DNA from: Candidatus Doudnabacteria bacterium
GTDB taxonomy: Bacteria; Patescibacteriota; Doudnabacteria; UBA920
DNA: 64,000 bases
Direction of reading: 5' to 3'
Assembly (NCBI GenBank): GCA_031291995.1
Contig: JARLHZ010000022.1
Span: forward strand, 11,330 to 75,329
Both the position numbers and the translations under genes were made by a program. This document shows, one piece after another, positions 62,421 to 64,000 of the stretch; position 1 is the stretch's first letter, and every line of letters begins with the position of its first letter. Under the pieces are notes generated by a model. It saw only the letters and a program-made list of their open reading frames with translations, did no database searches and was not told the origin of the DNA.

Positions 62421-62986
62421 ACATTACATCCGCGCAATTTGTAAAAGGTCTGGTGGAAGACGACGTAATACTCAACGATGGCAAACCGCAAGTCGCGTTT
62501 GTCGGCCGTTCAAACGTCGGCAAATCCAGTTTAATCAATTCGCTTACCAAACAAAAGAATTTGGCCAAGACCAGCTCGTTTCCCGGACGCACCCAGCAGG
62601 TAAACGTGTTTTTGGTTAATAAGGATTTTTATTTTGTCGACCTGCCCGGCTACGGTTTTGCCAAAGGTTCAAAGCAGGACCAGGAACGTATTCAGGCTTT
62701 AATTTATTGGTATTTACTGGATTCGGATTATCGGCAAAAAACTGTTGTGTTAATAATGGACGCCAACATCGGACCCACGGAAAACGATATGCAAATGATC
62801 CATAGCCTAAAAGAGCGGCATAAAAACATAATTGTGGTGGCCAATAAAGTGGACAAACTAAAAAAATCCCAGGTTAAAAACCAGCTAAACAAGATTCAGG
62901 AAGTAATCGGGGACTACAAAATAATTCCGTATTCATCGGAATCCAAAATAGGGATAAGTGAGCTGACAAACGAAATATTTAAATAG
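62417..62986 (+). CDS. engB: Ribosome biogenesis GTP-binding protein YihA/EngB
   Basis: 189 aa. G1 is 'FVGRSNVGKSSLINSL'. G3 is 'VDLPGYGFA'. G4 is 'ANKVDK'. Confidence 0.8.
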   Translation: MNITSAQFVKGLVEDDVILNDGKPQVAFVGRSNVGKSSLINSLTKQKNLAKTSSFPGRTQQVNVFLVNKDFYFVDLPGYGFAKGSKQDQERIQALIYWYLLDSDYRQKTVVLIMDANIGPTENDMQMIHSLKERHKNIIVVANKVDKLKKSQVKNQLNKIQEVIGDYKIIPYSSESKIGISELTNEIFK

Positions 62987-63051
62987 ATTATTTGCCATAG
63001 CAAAACAGCGCGGGACCTGGGAGGATCTCGCGCTGCTTATTTTTTTTGTAA

Positions 63052-64000
63052 TTATTTTCTTTCCGAGCGTTTTCTTTCGGTGCCGTTTAGAATTTTTTTG
63101 CGGATTCTAATTGATTGCGGAGTGACTTCTACCAGTTCATCGCCGCCTACGTATTCCAAGGCAAAGTCGAGTTCAACGGGGTGCGGGGGAGTCAGAATAA
63201 TCGCTTCATCCGTGCCAGAGGAACGGATATTGGTGAGTTTCTTGGTTTTACAGACATTTAATTCCAGGTCGGTATCAACGCCATTTTTACCCACAACCAT
63301 ACCCTCATACACATCCACAGCGGAGCCTATGAACATCATGCCGCGCTCCTGGGCGTTGTTTAAGCCGTAAGCGTTGCTGACACCGGTTTCGCTGGAAATC
63401 AGCGAGCCGTGCTCGTTGCTGCGAATGTCTATATCGTGCACCGCTTTATAGGAATCGAATAAACTGTTCATAATTACCGTGCCGCGGGTTCGCGTTAACA
63501 GCAAATTTTTTAAACCAATTAAGCCGCGGGTCGGAATAAGATATTCGGCATGGATGTCTCCGCCGCTATGGCCGCTTTCCAGAATTTGCATTTGTCCGCC
63601 GCGTTTGCCGAGTTCTTCTATAACCACACCCTGGTGCTCGGTCGGCACGTCAATGGTTACAACTTCGTAAGGTTCCATTTTTTTGCCGTCTTGTTCATGG
63701 TAAATAACTTCCGGCTGGGAGACCTGCAACTCGAAACCTTCGCGCCGCATGGTTTCCACTAAAACAGCCAAATGAAGTTCGCCGCGACCGGAGACCAGGA
63801 AGGAATCACTGCCCTGTTCTAATCCTTCAACCTTCAAAGCAACGTTAGTTTCCAATTCTTTGATTAAGCGTTCGCGCAATTGACGGGAAGTCACAAATTT
63901 TCCTTCGCGTCCGGCAAACGGGGAAGTGTTGACGCCAAAAGTCATTTTAATGGTCGGTGGTTCAATTTCCACAGGCGGCAGGACTTTGGGATTTAACGGA
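63052..64000 (-). CDS. typA: Translational GTPase TypA/BipA, C-terminal two-thirds (5' end beyond window)
   Basis: Minus-strand ORF open to the window edge. 'PTIKMTFGVNTSPFAGREGKFVTSRQLRERL' is the BipA domain III/IV signature. The C-terminal BipA-specific domain is present. Confidence 0.8.
   Translation of the reverse strand, partial: PLNPKVLPPVEIEPPTIKMTFGVNTSPFAGREGKFVTSRQLRERLIKELETNVALKVEGLEQGSDSFLVSGRGELHLAVLVETMRREGFELQVSQPEVIYHEQDGKKMEPYEVVTIDVPTEHQGVVIEELGKRGGQMQILESGHSGGDIHAEYLIPTRGLIGLKNLLLTRTRGTVIMNSLFDSYKAVHDIDIRSNEHGSLISSETGVSNAYGLNNAQERGMMFIGSAVDVYEGMVVGKNGVDTDLELNVCKTKKLTNIRSSGTDEAIILTPPHPVELDFALEYVGGDELVEVTPQSIRIRKKILNGTERKRSERK

Overview
64 kb window from a moderate-GC (about 45-50%) bacterial genome. 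Nearly all genes are on the + strand. The gene content (TPR-fused O-antigen ligase, many glycosyltransferases, type IV pilus pilBCMNO, small proteins, weak or absent Shine-Dalgarno sequences, CCA-encoding tRNAs) is consistent with a Patescibacteria/CPR-like organism. That lineage call is inference only.

Layout:
- 1-8 kb: secreted or surface proteins. These include an Ig-like repeat adhesin, an alpha/beta-hydrolase lipase and a HicBA toxin-antitoxin pair.
- 7.9-8.7 kb: a REP-associated tyrosine transposase (RAYT). It is flanked by copies of a 23-nt palindromic REP element that recurs at five sites in the window.
- 8.7-9.3 kb: an AbrB-type antitoxin and RelE/YafQ-like toxin pair with a palindromic operator.
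- 9.4-37.6 kb: a long glycan (O-antigen or S-layer/pilin glycosylation-like) biosynthesis locus. It contains:
  - Wzy/O-antigen-ligase-TPR, a GT4 glycosyltransferase, gmd and fcl (GDP-fucose or colitose-type sugars) and a Wzx flippase.
  - rfbF and rfbG (CDP-glucose pathway), with an RfbH/ColD-type 3-dehydrase further downstream at 26.2-27.5 kb.
  - an ALS-like thiamine-diphosphate (TPP) enzyme and an SDR reductase (a yersiniose-like branched dideoxyhexose logic).
  - a NeuB-family synthase, a 3-dehydroquinate synthase (DHQS)-like sugar-phosphate cyclase-fold enzyme, GT2, GT10 (fucosyltransferase-like) and GT-B transferases, four SAM methyltransferases, gene remnants and the initiating polyprenyl-phosphate sugar phosphotransferase.
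- 37.6-46.4 kb: accessory or defence-island-like segment. It holds a PIF1-family helicase with an acidic insertion, RadC, a Phd/RelE pair, several orphan small proteins and a type II R-M pair (beta-class DNA methyltransferase plus a small PD-(D/E)xK nuclease candidate).
- 46.4-53.6 kb: xseA/xseB and stress or redox small genes (cupin, Smr, VIT, Bcp, NERD, ArsR, ICMT-like, TspO, DUF1003).
- 53.7-59.5 kb: pilB-pilC-pilM-pilN-pilO.
- 59.6-64 kb: two tRNAs on the minus strand (Arg-TCG, Lys-CTT), then holA-like, MFS, engB and typA (truncated at the window end).

Most novel-looking signals:
- the RAYT/REP system in this lineage;
- the unusual deoxysugar cluster (TPP branching enzyme, DHQS-like enzyme and an Fe-S-less dehydrase);
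- the decayed acyltransferase and UbiA remnants in the glycan locus;
- a second palindromic motif family (CCATTTATGG);
- a triple-hairpin array in the 3' UTR of the adhesin gene;
- the orphan-gene island between radC and the R-M system.

All coordinates are hand-indexed from the printed sequence and may be off by 1-2 nt for short noncoding elements.
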